The position numbers and the translations under genes are program-made. From assembly GCF_018977255.1 (NCBI RefSeq), contig NW_024704742.1, positions 90,336,001 through 90,400,000 of the forward strand: a DNA stretch of 64,000 nt. Direction: 5' to 3'. Shown here in pieces: positions 51,801 through 64,000 of this stretch (its first letter is position 1; the number at the start of each line of letters is the position of its first letter). Origin of the DNA: Callorhinchus milii (lineage: Eukaryota). The notes beneath the pieces were generated by a model. The model did no database searches. It saw nothing but the letters and a program-made list of their open reading frames with translations, and was not told the origin of the DNA.

Positions 51801-54800
51801 TGAAGAATCAGCAAGGAAAGTTGTTTTCCTTTCGCACAACAAACTCATCCCTAACATCAGTGCAGACCTGGTCTAATAGCATCTCCAATTACATGCACAG
51901 AATTGCAGACTAGTTCCGCTGTAATAGTCAATAATAATAATAGTCTTTAATGGTGCAATATTGTTGGTAAAATAAAATGAATGCCGGGTTACTTATATTG
52001 GAGGGGTGGACAGAAGGATCCTTAAAGTTTAATCCCTCTAAAATTCCATCTGTGTTTAGGTCATAATTATAATAATCCTTACATCTGATATAGAGCCTCA
52101 TCATGTCACCGAGATGTCTCAAAACACTTCACAGGATACACTGTAAAGTGGAGTGACTGTATTTTGCGAGCGAAAGTGTGACTGGCCATGGTTACAAATA
52201 TTAGCTTCCTTTGGAATTTCTTGTCCAGTGTTTTAAACTGTAGAAGCTGGCAGACAGATGAGCATTCAGGGATCAATCTGAACTCAGGCTTGCAAATCTT
52301 AGCTTGAAATCTTGGACTCTCTAGTTTATTTCCCAGTTTTTTTTAAAAGCCTCACACGAGTTATCAAAAGCCTGATACTGCCTTTCCTGAATCGGCCAAG
52401 AGTTGGAGCTTGAAGTGATCTGAATTGGGAGAATTTTGATTTCGAACTAAATTCAAAGATCATCACTTTGTCAATAACAGAACTTACGTATGTCTTATAC
52501 TGTATTTGTTTTTCTACAAATACAGTCACTGACCTTTACAGTAAAAACTTGTGAAGTGCTTTGAGAGAGCTTAATGACATGATAATGTTCTATATCAAAT
52601 GTGACAACAATAACAACAAAATTACATTTGTATAGTGCCTTTCACGTCAGGGGGAAGTCCCAAGGCGCTGGAAGCATTATTATTATTATTACTATACTAT
52701 ATATTATCAGCGCTTTGGGACGTCCTCCTGACGTGAAATGTAAATTTGTTGTTGTAGTAAGTTCTGCGGAGAAAAGTTCCATAACAGAATCATAAAGCAT
52801 AACAATTTGGTTCTATTGGAATTTTATTGAAAAAGTCGAGCAAACCAACAAGTGGATCTAGAAGGTCTTGAATACTAAATGCTGAAAGCTTCTTGGCTTT
52901 AATCACATGATTATTTCATGGAAAGTTATTGATTTCAGTGATAACTAATCACGCCTTCTTAGCAATTTAACTGAATTTAACCAAGCAATGATGTTTACCT
53001 GCTTGTACAGGAGTTAGGTTTAAAGTGCATACATGTACAATCTAGTTTTTGACCTTTACTGAACTCTATTTAAATTAAGTATTAAATTTGATAGGTCCCC
53101 AAAACGTAATAATAATAATCCTTGCATCTTGTGTCATCGAGTGTCCCAGAGGATATACTGAAAAGTATCTTGTAGGTGACCAAAGCAGCCAATTTGCACA
53201 CAGCAATTTCCCACATAAAGCCATGGAATAAATGACCAAATTTTATTTGGGGCATTGCTGGCCTGGACAAATCAGAAATCAAAAACAAATGTAAGGGATT
53301 GAAACATGTTCCTTCCTTCAGACGGAAGGACCCATCTCCCTGTTCTCGTAGACTTTAAAAATTGCGTGGCATTACTTGAAAAGAGAAGGGCATTTCTCCT
53401 GGGGTTCCAGCCAACAATCTTCCAGTTAAAATTGATCATTCACTTCAAGGCTGTTTACGGGATACTGATATGTGCAAGTTGGCTGCTGTGTCCGCCTGCA
53501 AAATACAGTCACTATACATTAATTAATCTTGTGAAGCACTTTGAGACGTTCCAATGATATGGGAAGGCTTTATATCAAATGTAAGGATTATTATCATCAT
53601 AAGAATCCAGTCACAGTTGTGAGGAGCACAGCGGAAAATAAACATTTTCCAGGCTGCGTAGATGTTTCAGCAATCTGGTACACAGCAGCAGTGGGAAAAT
53701 TATTGTGCACTCACTCGGTCGCTCACTAGCAATCCCTCCCTCTGCCACAGCACACAGCAACTGTCTCCTGAAGAGGATTTAAAATGATAGATAATCCAAA
53801 ACTAATGAAAAAAGACAGTGTGCCAATCTCAGTTGCAGCCCGACAAATCAGAATGGCACAATCACAAAAGTACTGTCACTGCGTTAACAACAGGAATTAT
53901 AAGCTGAATTATCAAACAGCTTTATTCAATACCATCATGTATCGAGAAAGCGATTGCTGTAATTACTGTTTGGGGATTAATGGGGCTAACTCTATAGACA
54001 TTTAACTGAAATTGGAAAGACCAATTCTATTTTGATATACAATTGGAAAAGGTGGGGACCAGAACTAAAACTTACTTGAAGAATCACTTACAGCAGCATT
54101 GATATCAAACACACAATCTTCAGGCATCTTTGTACAATGTCAAATTGCTTTTTCTTTCCTGTTCCCATTGATTGATTAGAGGCAGACTATAAGATGGCAA
54201 ACCATCTTAATTGGATGCAAAGTACAATATCTCCAGTCCTTTTCATGTAATCCAGAAAGTAAACCAATCACAATGGAGCAATTGTGTCGCGTTCTCAACA
54301 AACAACTCTTTTATTTTAGGTTTTCAGTTACACAATCCAACAGTGACACTAAACACTCCTCTACTCAGTTCTCCCTGGTTCCTGCTTTCTCTTCCTCCTG
54401 ATCTCCTTCCATTGGTCCTAGTCAATTGTTCCTTATTTATTAATTAGTATCCAACAACTGTATTTGAATTACTGGCCTGGTCTTCCTGAATAATTCAACT
54501 AGCAGGGAACAGACTCTTTATCGCCAGTGCATGTATGTTGGCTACACTGGTAGAGCCATATGTTGCTATCAGCGAGAAAGAAGCTTTAACAACAGGTCTG
54601 ACCTCGATTCATACACAAGAAGCTCATGTTTAGAACTGCAGTGTTCAATCCTGACTGTCATAACATACAGTCTGTGCTCCTTCCAACACAAACCCACAAA
54701 GATATCAAAGTTGAAAGCAGGTCAATACAGCACATATAGCTTTCAGCATTCTGATCCAGTGCAGTCCACGAATACTCCCAATATACACATGCAATATCCA

Positions 54801-55933
54801 TTTACAGCAAGAATCCACCAGATAAACCTTGTCATTGACCTCATGACTGTTTGTGGAACATTACTGTGCATAAAATGATTGCCATGATCACCTACAAAAT
54901 ACACAGTCACTACACTTTACAGTAAATGCACTTTGAGTCATCCTCTCAACATGAAAGGTGTTCTATCAAATGTAAGATTGATTATTATTAATAATTTATT
55001 ATTGTTATTAAATTCCCCAAAACACTAAGCAATTTTAACTTTTGTTCCACCATTTACCCTGCATTGGCTTTAAGTGTTGACACATATAAGTTGAAATGCT
55101 GACAACATGAGTATAGAATCAGATTGAGTGAGGAGACCAAGTTATCTACAGTCGATACAGTGATTTGTCATAGGTGCTGCACCATATTATAATAATAATA
55201 ATATTGCAGTTAGGGACTTGAAGACAGCTCACTAACCATCCTCTGCCATGGTAACCCCAAGCAAGTTTCTCTAATGCCATCAAGATTCATTACTGAAAAC
55301 AAAAAATAACTGGGGAGGTAATGAAACTATATTGAAAAGCGGTTAGAAGGAATGTCTTCAAAGATGTGTTAGCGTGTAAAATAATATAGAGGTTGGATCA
55401 ATAAAATAATTCAAAAGGGAAAAAGCCAAATAGTGAAAATATTGAGGGATTATAGGGAAAGAGCAGGCAAGTGAGGGAATTCCTCAATCCATGACTGTTT
55501 GTAGGACATTGCTGAGCCAATCGGCTGTCGGGTTTCGCCCACAAAATATGTAGTCATTCCACTTTACAATATATATTCTGTGAAGCGCTTTGAGATGTCT
55601 CAACGATGTGACCTTTCTTTTCGACCACGCCTTTGGTCACCTTCCTCCCCCTCCCCTTGGCTCGGTCCCGGGATCCGCTACTGTAAAGCACTCTGAGACG
55701 CCATCCGGCGTGGAGGGTGTTATATAAATCCAAGTTGTTGTTGTTGTTGATAATGCGCAATATCAAATGGAAGGATTATTATTATTATTAAGTGGGATTA
55801 AGTGTATGCCTGGTGAGGAGACATTGGATCTGAGGTAACTGTGGTGGACTCACAGATCTGATGGCTCTGTATCTGCAATGCTCGAGGATACTGTTGATGT
55901 CTGCCAGACCTTCCTGGGAATATAGTACTGTAC

Positions 55934-56662
55934 CATAGAATCATAGAATATTATAGCACAGAAGGAGGCCATTTGGTCCATTGTGGCTGTGGCGGCTCTT
56001 TAGAAGAGCTACCCAGTCAGTCCCACTCCCCTACTCTTTTCCCATATCCTTTTAATTTTTTTCTTTTTCAAGTACCTATCTAATTCCCCTTTGAAAGTTG
56101 TTATTGAATATGTTTCCACCATCCTTTCAGGCAATGCATTCCAAACCGTAGCAACTCTCTGTGTAAAAACATTTCTTCTCTGGTTCTTTTGCTAATTATC
56201 TTACACTATGTCTCCTGGTTACTGATCCACCTGCCAGTGGAAACAGTTTCTCCCTATCGACTCTATCAAAACCCCTCATAATTTTGAACACCTCTATTAA
56301 ATCTCCCCTTAACTTTCTCTGCTCTAAGGAGAACAATCCCATCATCTCTAGTCTCTCCACATAGCTAAAGATCCCCCATCCCTGGAACCATCCTGGTAAA
56401 TGTCCTCTGCACCCTCTCTAAGGCCTTGATATCCTTCCTAAAGTGTGGTGCCCAGAATTGGACATAATATTCCAGCTGAGGCCTAACTAGTCACTTATAA
56501 AGGTTTAGCAGAACTTCCTCGCTTTTGTATTCTATGCCTCTATTTATATAGCCAAGGATCCCATATGCTTTTTTAACAGCTCTATCAACCTGTCCTGCCA
56601 CCTTCAAAAACCTGTGCATGTGAAGCCCCAGGTCTCTCTGCTCCTGAACCCCTTTTAAAATT
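55934..56662 (-). mobile_element. CR1-clade LINE 3' fragment
   Basis: catagaatcatagaa tail, and parallels 14680-15415 (ctatcaaaacccctcataattttg, tgtggtgcccagaa). Confidence 0.85.
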
Positions 56663-57139
56663 ACCAGTTCTTATGTAGTAACAAAAGGGAATGAAGGTGC
56701 CCTCCACCCTCCCTCACCCTGACCCCCAGCTCAGGTCCTCCCGACGTGAAAGGGGCTATATAAATGTAATTTTGTTGTGGTTGTGAATGGGAAAAATTGG
56801 GAGATTATTTTTAAAAATGAGATGTCTCATTTCTGGAATGGGAAGATGATTGAGTTTATATTTTAAGACCTAAATCATGGGGTCTATTTTGCAACATTTG
56901 ATGAATTAATTCTAACTTCTGCTTGTGAATTGCTGAAGCCATTTACATTGTGAGTACATCAGCTACAAACTAGCAAAGTCGAAATAAAGGAAAATGGCCT
57001 TTTTTTAAATTAAACTTTAGTGTTTTTCAGGAATCTGTAGTTAGAAAAATCATCATATTGACTAACCAGCAGTGTAATTAAACTCATGAATGTGGTATAG
57101 ATTCTCCAGTCCTACCCCTTTGCCCCTGCACCCCCCCCC

Positions 57140-58537
57140 CACCCATTCATTATTCGAACCCCTTCAGTCGGGTTTCCGTGCTGCCCATAGCACAAGAACT
57201 GCCCTGGTCAAGGTCACCAATGACATCCTGACCATCTGTGACCAGGGCTCCCTCTGCCTCCTCATCCTCCTTGACCTATCGTCAGCATTCGATACGGTCG
57301 ACCATGCTATCCTCCTCCACCGCTTGTCCTCCCACCTAAACCTTCAAGGCCCTGTCCTTGAGTGGTTTAGGTCGTACCTCTCCCACCGTCTTCACTTTGT
57401 TTCCACGAATGTTTTATCCTCCGGCCCCCGCACTGTCTCGTGCGGTGTCCCTCAAAGCTCTGTCCTCGGTCCCCTCCTCTTCACCCTCTATATGCTCCCC
57501 CTCGGTGACATCATCCGCAGACATGGGGTTAACTTCCACATGTATGCAGATGACACCCAACTCTACCTTTCCTCCTCTACCCTCAACTCCACGACCACCG
57601 ATGTCCTGACAGCCTGCCTGTCCGACATCGAATCCTGGACGAAAGACAACTTTCTTCAGCTTAACGTGCGTAAAACTGAGGACCTCCTGATTGGCTCACG
57701 TCAGCGCCTCCGCACCTCAGGCGCTGACAGCATCAGCATCCAAGGCTGCACTCTCCACCTCTCAAAGCCAGTCAGGAACCTCGGGTTCTGTTTGACCCTG
57801 AGCTGTCCTTTCTCCCTCATATCCGCGCCACAACTGGCACCGCCTTCCATCACCTCCGGAATATCGCCAGACTACGGCACTACCTCACCCCTCACGCTGC
57901 TGAAACTCTGGTCCATGCCTTTATCACCTCAAGGCTGGACTATGGGAACTCTCTCCTCGCCGGCCTTCCCGGCAACTCCCTCCACAAGCTGCAGGTCATT
58001 CAGAACTCTGCAGCTCGTGTACTGTCCCGCACCAGGCTTCGCGACCACATCACTCCCACCCTCGCTCGCCTCCACTGGCTCCCCATCCCCCAGAGGATCG
58101 ATTTCAAGATCCTCATCCTCACCTACAAGGCCATTCACGGCCTTGCTCCCTCCTACCTCTCTGACCTACTATCCCCCTACCTACCTGCCCGTACCCTCCG
58201 TTCCTCTGGCTCCGGTCTGCTCCACATCCCCCGCCCCAACCGCCCTACCATCGGTGGTCGGGCCTTCAGCCTCTCAGCCCCTAGGCTCTGGAACTCTATC
58301 CCCCAGTGCCTTCGCCGCCTCCTCCCTTTCATCCTTCAAGGCCGGTCTCAAGACCTTTCTCTTTGACTGTGCCTTCAGCTCCCCTCTCGATTCTCTACCC
58401 CCTCCTCGCTCCCTCCCTTCCCTCCCCTCACGCGGACCATTTCCCCCCTGCTCGGGTCCTGACCCAACTGTACAGCGCCTTGGGACGTCCTCCCGATGTG
58501 AAAGGCGCTCTATAAATGGAATCTTGTTGTTGTTGTT
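57140..58537 (+). mobile_element. Young 5'-truncated L2 LINE (family A)
   Basis: ORF 57090..58568 has [17 protein letters not shown] and YADDTQLY, then a frameshift near 57790. Ends ggaatcttgttgttgttg. Confidence 0.95.
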
Positions 58538-61500
58538 TAATCTTTTCTTCAGTGCACAACACCATTGAATAGTAGGCCTCCCCATCTAAGTAGGTCATGG
58601 TTTGAGCTAAGAAACCCATAGAAGGCACTGAAGTCATTGTAGATGGCTTCCCCGTGGGAAGAGAAAAGCTACTTGGTGAATAGATCATCTCTTTGCGAAC
58701 TGCACAGAGGTGAAACTTAAGAATTCATTGAACTGTAGTATAAAGAGTGCGATGGTGGAGATAAATCCAGGATTAGAAATAACTTCAAAAAGCTACAATC
58801 GTGCTGCACTACATTTAGAAACTGCATTGCCTAATAAAGCAGGCTCTGCAAACAGCAAAAGAAGCATGATTCAGGGAAGGTCAATCTCTTGAGGCTTTCT
58901 GATCACTGCAGGCACATGCTACAGGAAACCTGCATTGATTTGAGGCAATGCGAGGGAAAGTGCAGTAAAGTGGATTATACCAGGCAGGGATGGACAAGGT
59001 CATTTTACAACTAAAATATCACAGAGTAAATGCCAACTGAAGCAGAACAACCTGCATCTAATTGGAGCTTTTTTTTAAAGAAAAAATCAATGTTGACAGA
59101 CCTCAGTTATTTAAACCTGCAACAAAGCAAGGATGAAGATTTGCAACAATGCAATAAAATATTTTATTTCAAAAATATATTTCACTCCAGCTGAGTTAGA
59201 TTCTGCAAGCTTTAAAATAAACTCATAATTTTAACAAGTATTTGAGGGAATCTATCCAGTCAAAAGCAGAGTGCAAGAATGTGCAAGACGCTCCCAAGTT
59301 TTTTCTCCGTGGTCCTTGAGCACAGATACTCATTATCACACACTTATAGGACCAAATTGTCCTTCACCCATTTGGTGCATTGCAGGAATGATTGGGACCA
59401 GCTGTTTCTCAGCACTGCTTTTTCACAGAAGTCAAGGTTTTCTTTTACTGAATTGGATTGGATCTCTCGGACCCCCTCGATCCCAAATACTAGTAGATAG
59501 TAATAGTCTAGGGTTGTTAGTCTGCTACTTGTAGCAATCAACTGCTATTGAAATTTTACAAATGGGGTCAAAAAATCCCACTGACCAGTCACGCAATCAT
59601 AGCCCTTATGAATTGTAGCTTATAAAAAATAGGGTTTCTCTCCTTCCACTGCTTACTGCATTTTACATTGGGTGTGGCCGCTTTGTGAACAGCTCTCACA
59701 GTGCCTCAGTGCAGATCACATCCTGTGCCTTTTTGAATGGGAAGATGATCTTCCTTTCCAGGTCATGAGAATGGAACCCGCTCTCCTCAATTTCAGGAGT
59801 TCTGCACAGAATAACTGCCTCTAACTACAGCAACAACAACAAAATTTCTTTTGAAAAGCGCCTTTCACGTCGGGAGGACGTTCTAAGGCGTCTCAACTAC
59901 CACACATGCTAATATTAATAACACAAATAATCCCAGCATTTGGGATAGCATCTTTCACATTGAAAAGCGTTTTGCAGAATTTACTGTAAAGTGTAGTGAC
60001 TGTGTGTTTGTAGGCAAATGTGAAGGCAAGCGCAGCAGTCAATTTCCATACAACAATCACCCACGTGAAAATCACGGCAAATACATCTGGAAGATTGTTG
60101 GCCAGGGCATTGGGAGAAACTGTCTTGTCATTTGGAGTCATGCCTTGAACAAGCAGACAGGATTTGGGTTAACATCTCATCCGATGGATGGAGTAAAAGG
60201 TAGAAAACCCATAAAAAAAAGCTACATTACTAAATTTGCTTGAACTTTTCCAGAGTTGGATCAGCTGTTACTTTCATACTGTGTGGACACTCAAAAACAC
60301 TTTACATTATGCTGTAGACAACCCTAACTTGAAAGTGATATTCAAGTTGATTTTGAGATCTTAACTAAGAAATGTACCTTTAAATATATATGAGCTGTTT
60401 GCAGTACTTTTGGTATATGGTCCTTTCAACACACAGTATTACATACATGGAATACCAATAAAATAACTATATAGTACTCTGGAGGGAGGTGAGATGCAAG
60501 TTTTATTTCCCCTCTGGCTGCAGAGTTCCTGGCCTTAGCTGCGAGGAAGCGATGGAGCAGAGGGCAAAATTCAGGGGATACATCCTCTGACTATCAATGA
60601 ACACAACTTACTGCAATACTAAGGGGGTGTTTGGGCGAAGCTCAGCCTCTTTGCACCTTAATGTGTTCAGAGCCCTGGGGAAGCAGCAAGGAGGAAACTT
60701 TGGGATACCGATTTTATTTTTATGTGAAATGTTATATTGTTTTCTACAGAGCTGTAAATCATGTACAGTTTGATTCCAAGGAAATTACTGTGAATGGAAT
60801 AATGAAACACTGACTCTCTCTCCTATCTGTGTGTTCTGTAACAAGGCCTATCATGCAATGCTGGAAGTGGAACAACTGTACAAATTGGCTGCCACATTCA
60901 CCCACATAGTCAATACACTTACAGCAAAATTCTGTAAAATTCTTTGAGACGTGCTATATGAAAATACAAGGATCATTATTTATTACAAGTACTTGGCAAA
61001 CCTCATTCTGTTTGGCGGAAGGAAAGGAGTTGACGAAGATGTATTATTTCTGTGGCGTACAAGAAAATGAGAATAACTACATTGAAAAATGCTGAAGTAA
61101 GGAATATTTCCCACTGCATGGATGTGGGATACACCTACAAACAGCCGGTAAATCCAGTGAAGTGTATCGATATGTCCTCCCAACGTCTATGTCAAATACA
61201 AATATTATTATGGCTTTATTGGAGGACCAAAGAAAACAACAAATCACTAACGCCATAGGTTCCTATTGTGTTGTAGAATTCTGGAATTCCAGATATGATG
61301 CAATGGCGTGCATTACTATTTTAAATTATTATTGCACGATCTAACCTTATGAATTGTTTGGCCGCTATATAAAATATTCTTTCAGAGTTCTGTAGGGGTT
61401 AAACAGGTGAGAGGCCAGCAGTAAGAACAGCTTGTACTGTATCTAACATGTACGGGCACAAGAGACAAGAATATTTTGTCATGCAGTGATTGTGCCACCA

Positions 61501-61812
61501 AATGGAAGATTACGGATTAAAAGTCACTGCAAGGACACTGTAAGGGTTTTATTCTCTGCTTCAGTCAGCACAATCACATGTGCAGCAATGTGCTAATGTG
61601 TCCCTCAGACACAGATACAACAACAGTTCTGTCATAACCCATTATTACTAACCAGGATTCCACACTCTCACGCTCACTCCCCCCCTCCCCTGACCTACTC
61701 ACCATCCCTCCTCTCACACACCTCCATTCCCCCCACCCACCCCGAGCTTCCAGACCCTTACATATAATTAACACACACACGCAGCGTTAGCAGTCTTTAA
61801 TCAATCAGCTCC

Positions 61813-62579
61813 CTCTCAAAGTCAGTCAGGAACCTCGGGGTTCTGTTCGACCCTGAGCTGTCCTTTCTTCCCCACATCCGCGCCACAACTGGCACTGCCT
61901 TCCACCACCTCCGGAATATCGACAGACTACGGCACTACCTCACCCCTCACGCTGCTGAAACACTGGTCCACGCCTTTATCACCTCAAGGCTGGACTATGG
62001 GAACTCTCTCCTCGCCGGCCTTCCCGCCAACTCCCTCCACAAGCTGCAGGTCATTCAGAACTCTGCAGCTCGTGTACTGTCCCGCACCAGGCTTCGCGAC
62101 CACATCACTCCCACCCTCGCTCGCCTCCACTGGCTCCCCATCCCCCAGAGGATCGAATTCAAGATCGTCATCTTCACCTACAAGGCCATTCACGGCCTCG
62201 CTCCCTCCTACCTCTCCGACCTACTATCCCCCTACCTACCTGCCCGTACCCTCCGTTCCTCTGGCTCCGGTTTGCTCCACATCCCCCGCCCTAACCGCCC
62301 TACCATCGGTGGCCGGGCCTTCAGCCTCTCAGCCCCGAGGCTCTGGAACTCTATCCCCCAGTGCCTTCGCCGCCTCCTCCCTCTCCTCCTTCATGGCCGG
62401 TCTCAAGACCTTTCTCTTCAACCGAGCCTTCAGCTCCCCTCTCGACCCCCTTCTCGCTCCCTCCCTTCCCTCCCCCTGACCATTTCCCCCCTGCTCGGGT
62501 CCCGACCCAACTGTCCAGCGCCTTGGGACGTCCTCCCGACGTGAAAGGCGCTCTATAAATGAAATCTTGTTGTTGTTGT
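61813..62579 (+). mobile_element. Young 5'-truncated L2 LINE (family A)
   Basis: Near-identical by eye to 57760-58537, with the same 3' hairpin and (GTT)n tail. Confidence 0.93.
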
Positions 62580-63379
62580 AGTACAGCACCACACATCCGG
62601 GATCAGTTGTCAGTCAGCTCCTTATACACAAAGCACTAGCAGCTCCTTGAGTTGGGTCAGGTTCACTGCTCAATGCAAAAAGGATAAGATAATGATGTCA
62701 TTGACCACTCAAGGTATATGTGAGGGGTTGGGTACCACTTGCCTGCAATCAGAAGGAGCACCCAATCTGACCCCAAAACAGCTCCATTCAAATGTATTTT
62801 CTAATAAATCCTAACTCAGTAACCGAGTGACACCAATCATCGTTATTCCCAGTATGGGAATGGGAGGGGAGGTGGGAATACGGGGAAGAATGTGATTTGT
62901 GATATATTAATTATCAGCTGGAATTTCATGAATCAGACTTGAAACGCTGTATTGCACGATCGGAAATAATTGTGCCACTCTCTGGCTGCGAATCCGGACA
63001 TAGGTGGGGTACATGTACAGAGTTCTCAGTCTGGTTTGGATCTCTTAAGCATGGTTACAGGTTTGCCCACCTGTCAGATACCCGGCTGACCAACAAAATC
63101 TTTGACAATCCCTCAAAACAAAGATGGGGTGGCCAATTTTTCAAGCTGGCATCAGACTCAACCATCGTGCCCAGGCCATACCCAAGCACCTCGCTATCTC
63201 TTTAACTGCTTGTATCCCATTCCTCTGCCCACCCCTTTCATTCAGCTGGCGCTGGACTGCTGTTTGTCCCCCTCTGCTGCCATTGGTGGCAGTGCTTTCA
63301 GCCACTATGTGCCTATTCTCAGGACCTTCCTGCCTCAATCCCTCCATCTTGCACCCTCTTCATCAGTCTTCATCCGGCT

Positions 63380-64000
63380 CCCCCTTAGTAATATCATCCG
63401 CAGACATGGGGTCAACGTCTAAATGTATGCGGATGACACCCAACTGTACCTCTCTGTCTCCACCCTTGATTCCAGGACCACTGCTGTCTTCATAAAATGC
63501 CTGTCAGGCATCCAGTCCTGGGTGAAAGCTAACTTTCTACAGTTGAATGTCAACAACGAGGCCCTCCTGCTTGGCTCCCATCAGCTCCTACATACCTCGA
63601 ACGCTGACAGAATCTACCTCCATGGATGCACTCTACATCGCATGGAGCCAATACGGAACCTCAGTGTTCTGTTTGACCCTCAACTGTCCTTCATACCCCA
63701 CATCTGTGCCATGACCCACTCCACCTTTCCCCACCTCCGCAACATCACTCGGATCTGCCACTGTCTCACACCGCAGGCCGCCGAGAGCCCTCATACCCAC
63801 AATCATAACATCCAGGTTCAACTACACAAACTCCCTGCTGGTCGGCCTCCCCACCTTCTCCCTCCATAGGCTGCAGATCATCCAGAACTCTGCTGCCCGT
63901 GTCTTCTCCGCACCAGGCTGCACGACCCTATTACCCCCACCCAACAGTCCCTCTGCCTCACCCCCTTCCTTGCCTCTTTCAAGTCCAGTCTCAAGACCTT
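63380..64000 (+). mobile_element. Degraded L2 LINE RT fragment running off the window
   Basis: ORF 63423..63869 has YADDTQLY and NFLQLNVN. Confidence 0.88.

Noticed and set aside
57090..58568. 492-aa ORF as a host gene
   Set aside because: L2 RT fragment that frameshifts into an alternative Pro/Ser-rich frame.
60990..61345. Coding-looking stretch with overlapping short ORFs
   Set aside because: No recognisable motif or splice structure, so a call cannot be supported.
48200..64000. Exon 1 (MSVAGLKKQF...) or the promoter of the endophilin gene
   Set aside because: No matching coding sequence or CpG island seen; presumably outside the window.
1..64000. CRISPR array, retron or other prokaryotic RT system
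   Set aside because: No repeat-spacer array. All RT motifs belong to L2/CR1 non-LTR retrotransposons in a spliced vertebrate locus.

Overview
Vertebrate genomic DNA, not prokaryotic. The L2/CR1 LINE, tRNA-SINE and Deu-type SINE content suggests a cartilaginous fish, possibly a chimaera; this is inferred from repeat style and not verified. The window holds exons 2-9 of an endophilin-A gene, most like SH3GL2/endophilin A1, on the minus strand from 48199 to 11075. All exons have GT-AG boundaries, the frame is continuous (1005 nt including stop, 334 aa) and the product is N-BAR plus SH3. Exon 1 was not found and presumably lies beyond base 64000. The remainder is intron and downstream sequence full of retroelements: several L2 families (one near full length, one young with near-identical copies), CR1 fragments, two SINE classes, a deleted Ginger2-like DNA transposon, a hAT-like end and a U2 snRNA fragment. 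Most entries in the ORF track are L2/CR1 pieces or noise. I found no convincing wholly new biological system. The best leads are a covarying 3' stem-loop shared by L2 and SINE families, an antisense U2 fragment upstream of exon 7, a duplicated 3'UTR block, inverted young L2 pairs around exons, and the Ginger2 relic next to exon 2.
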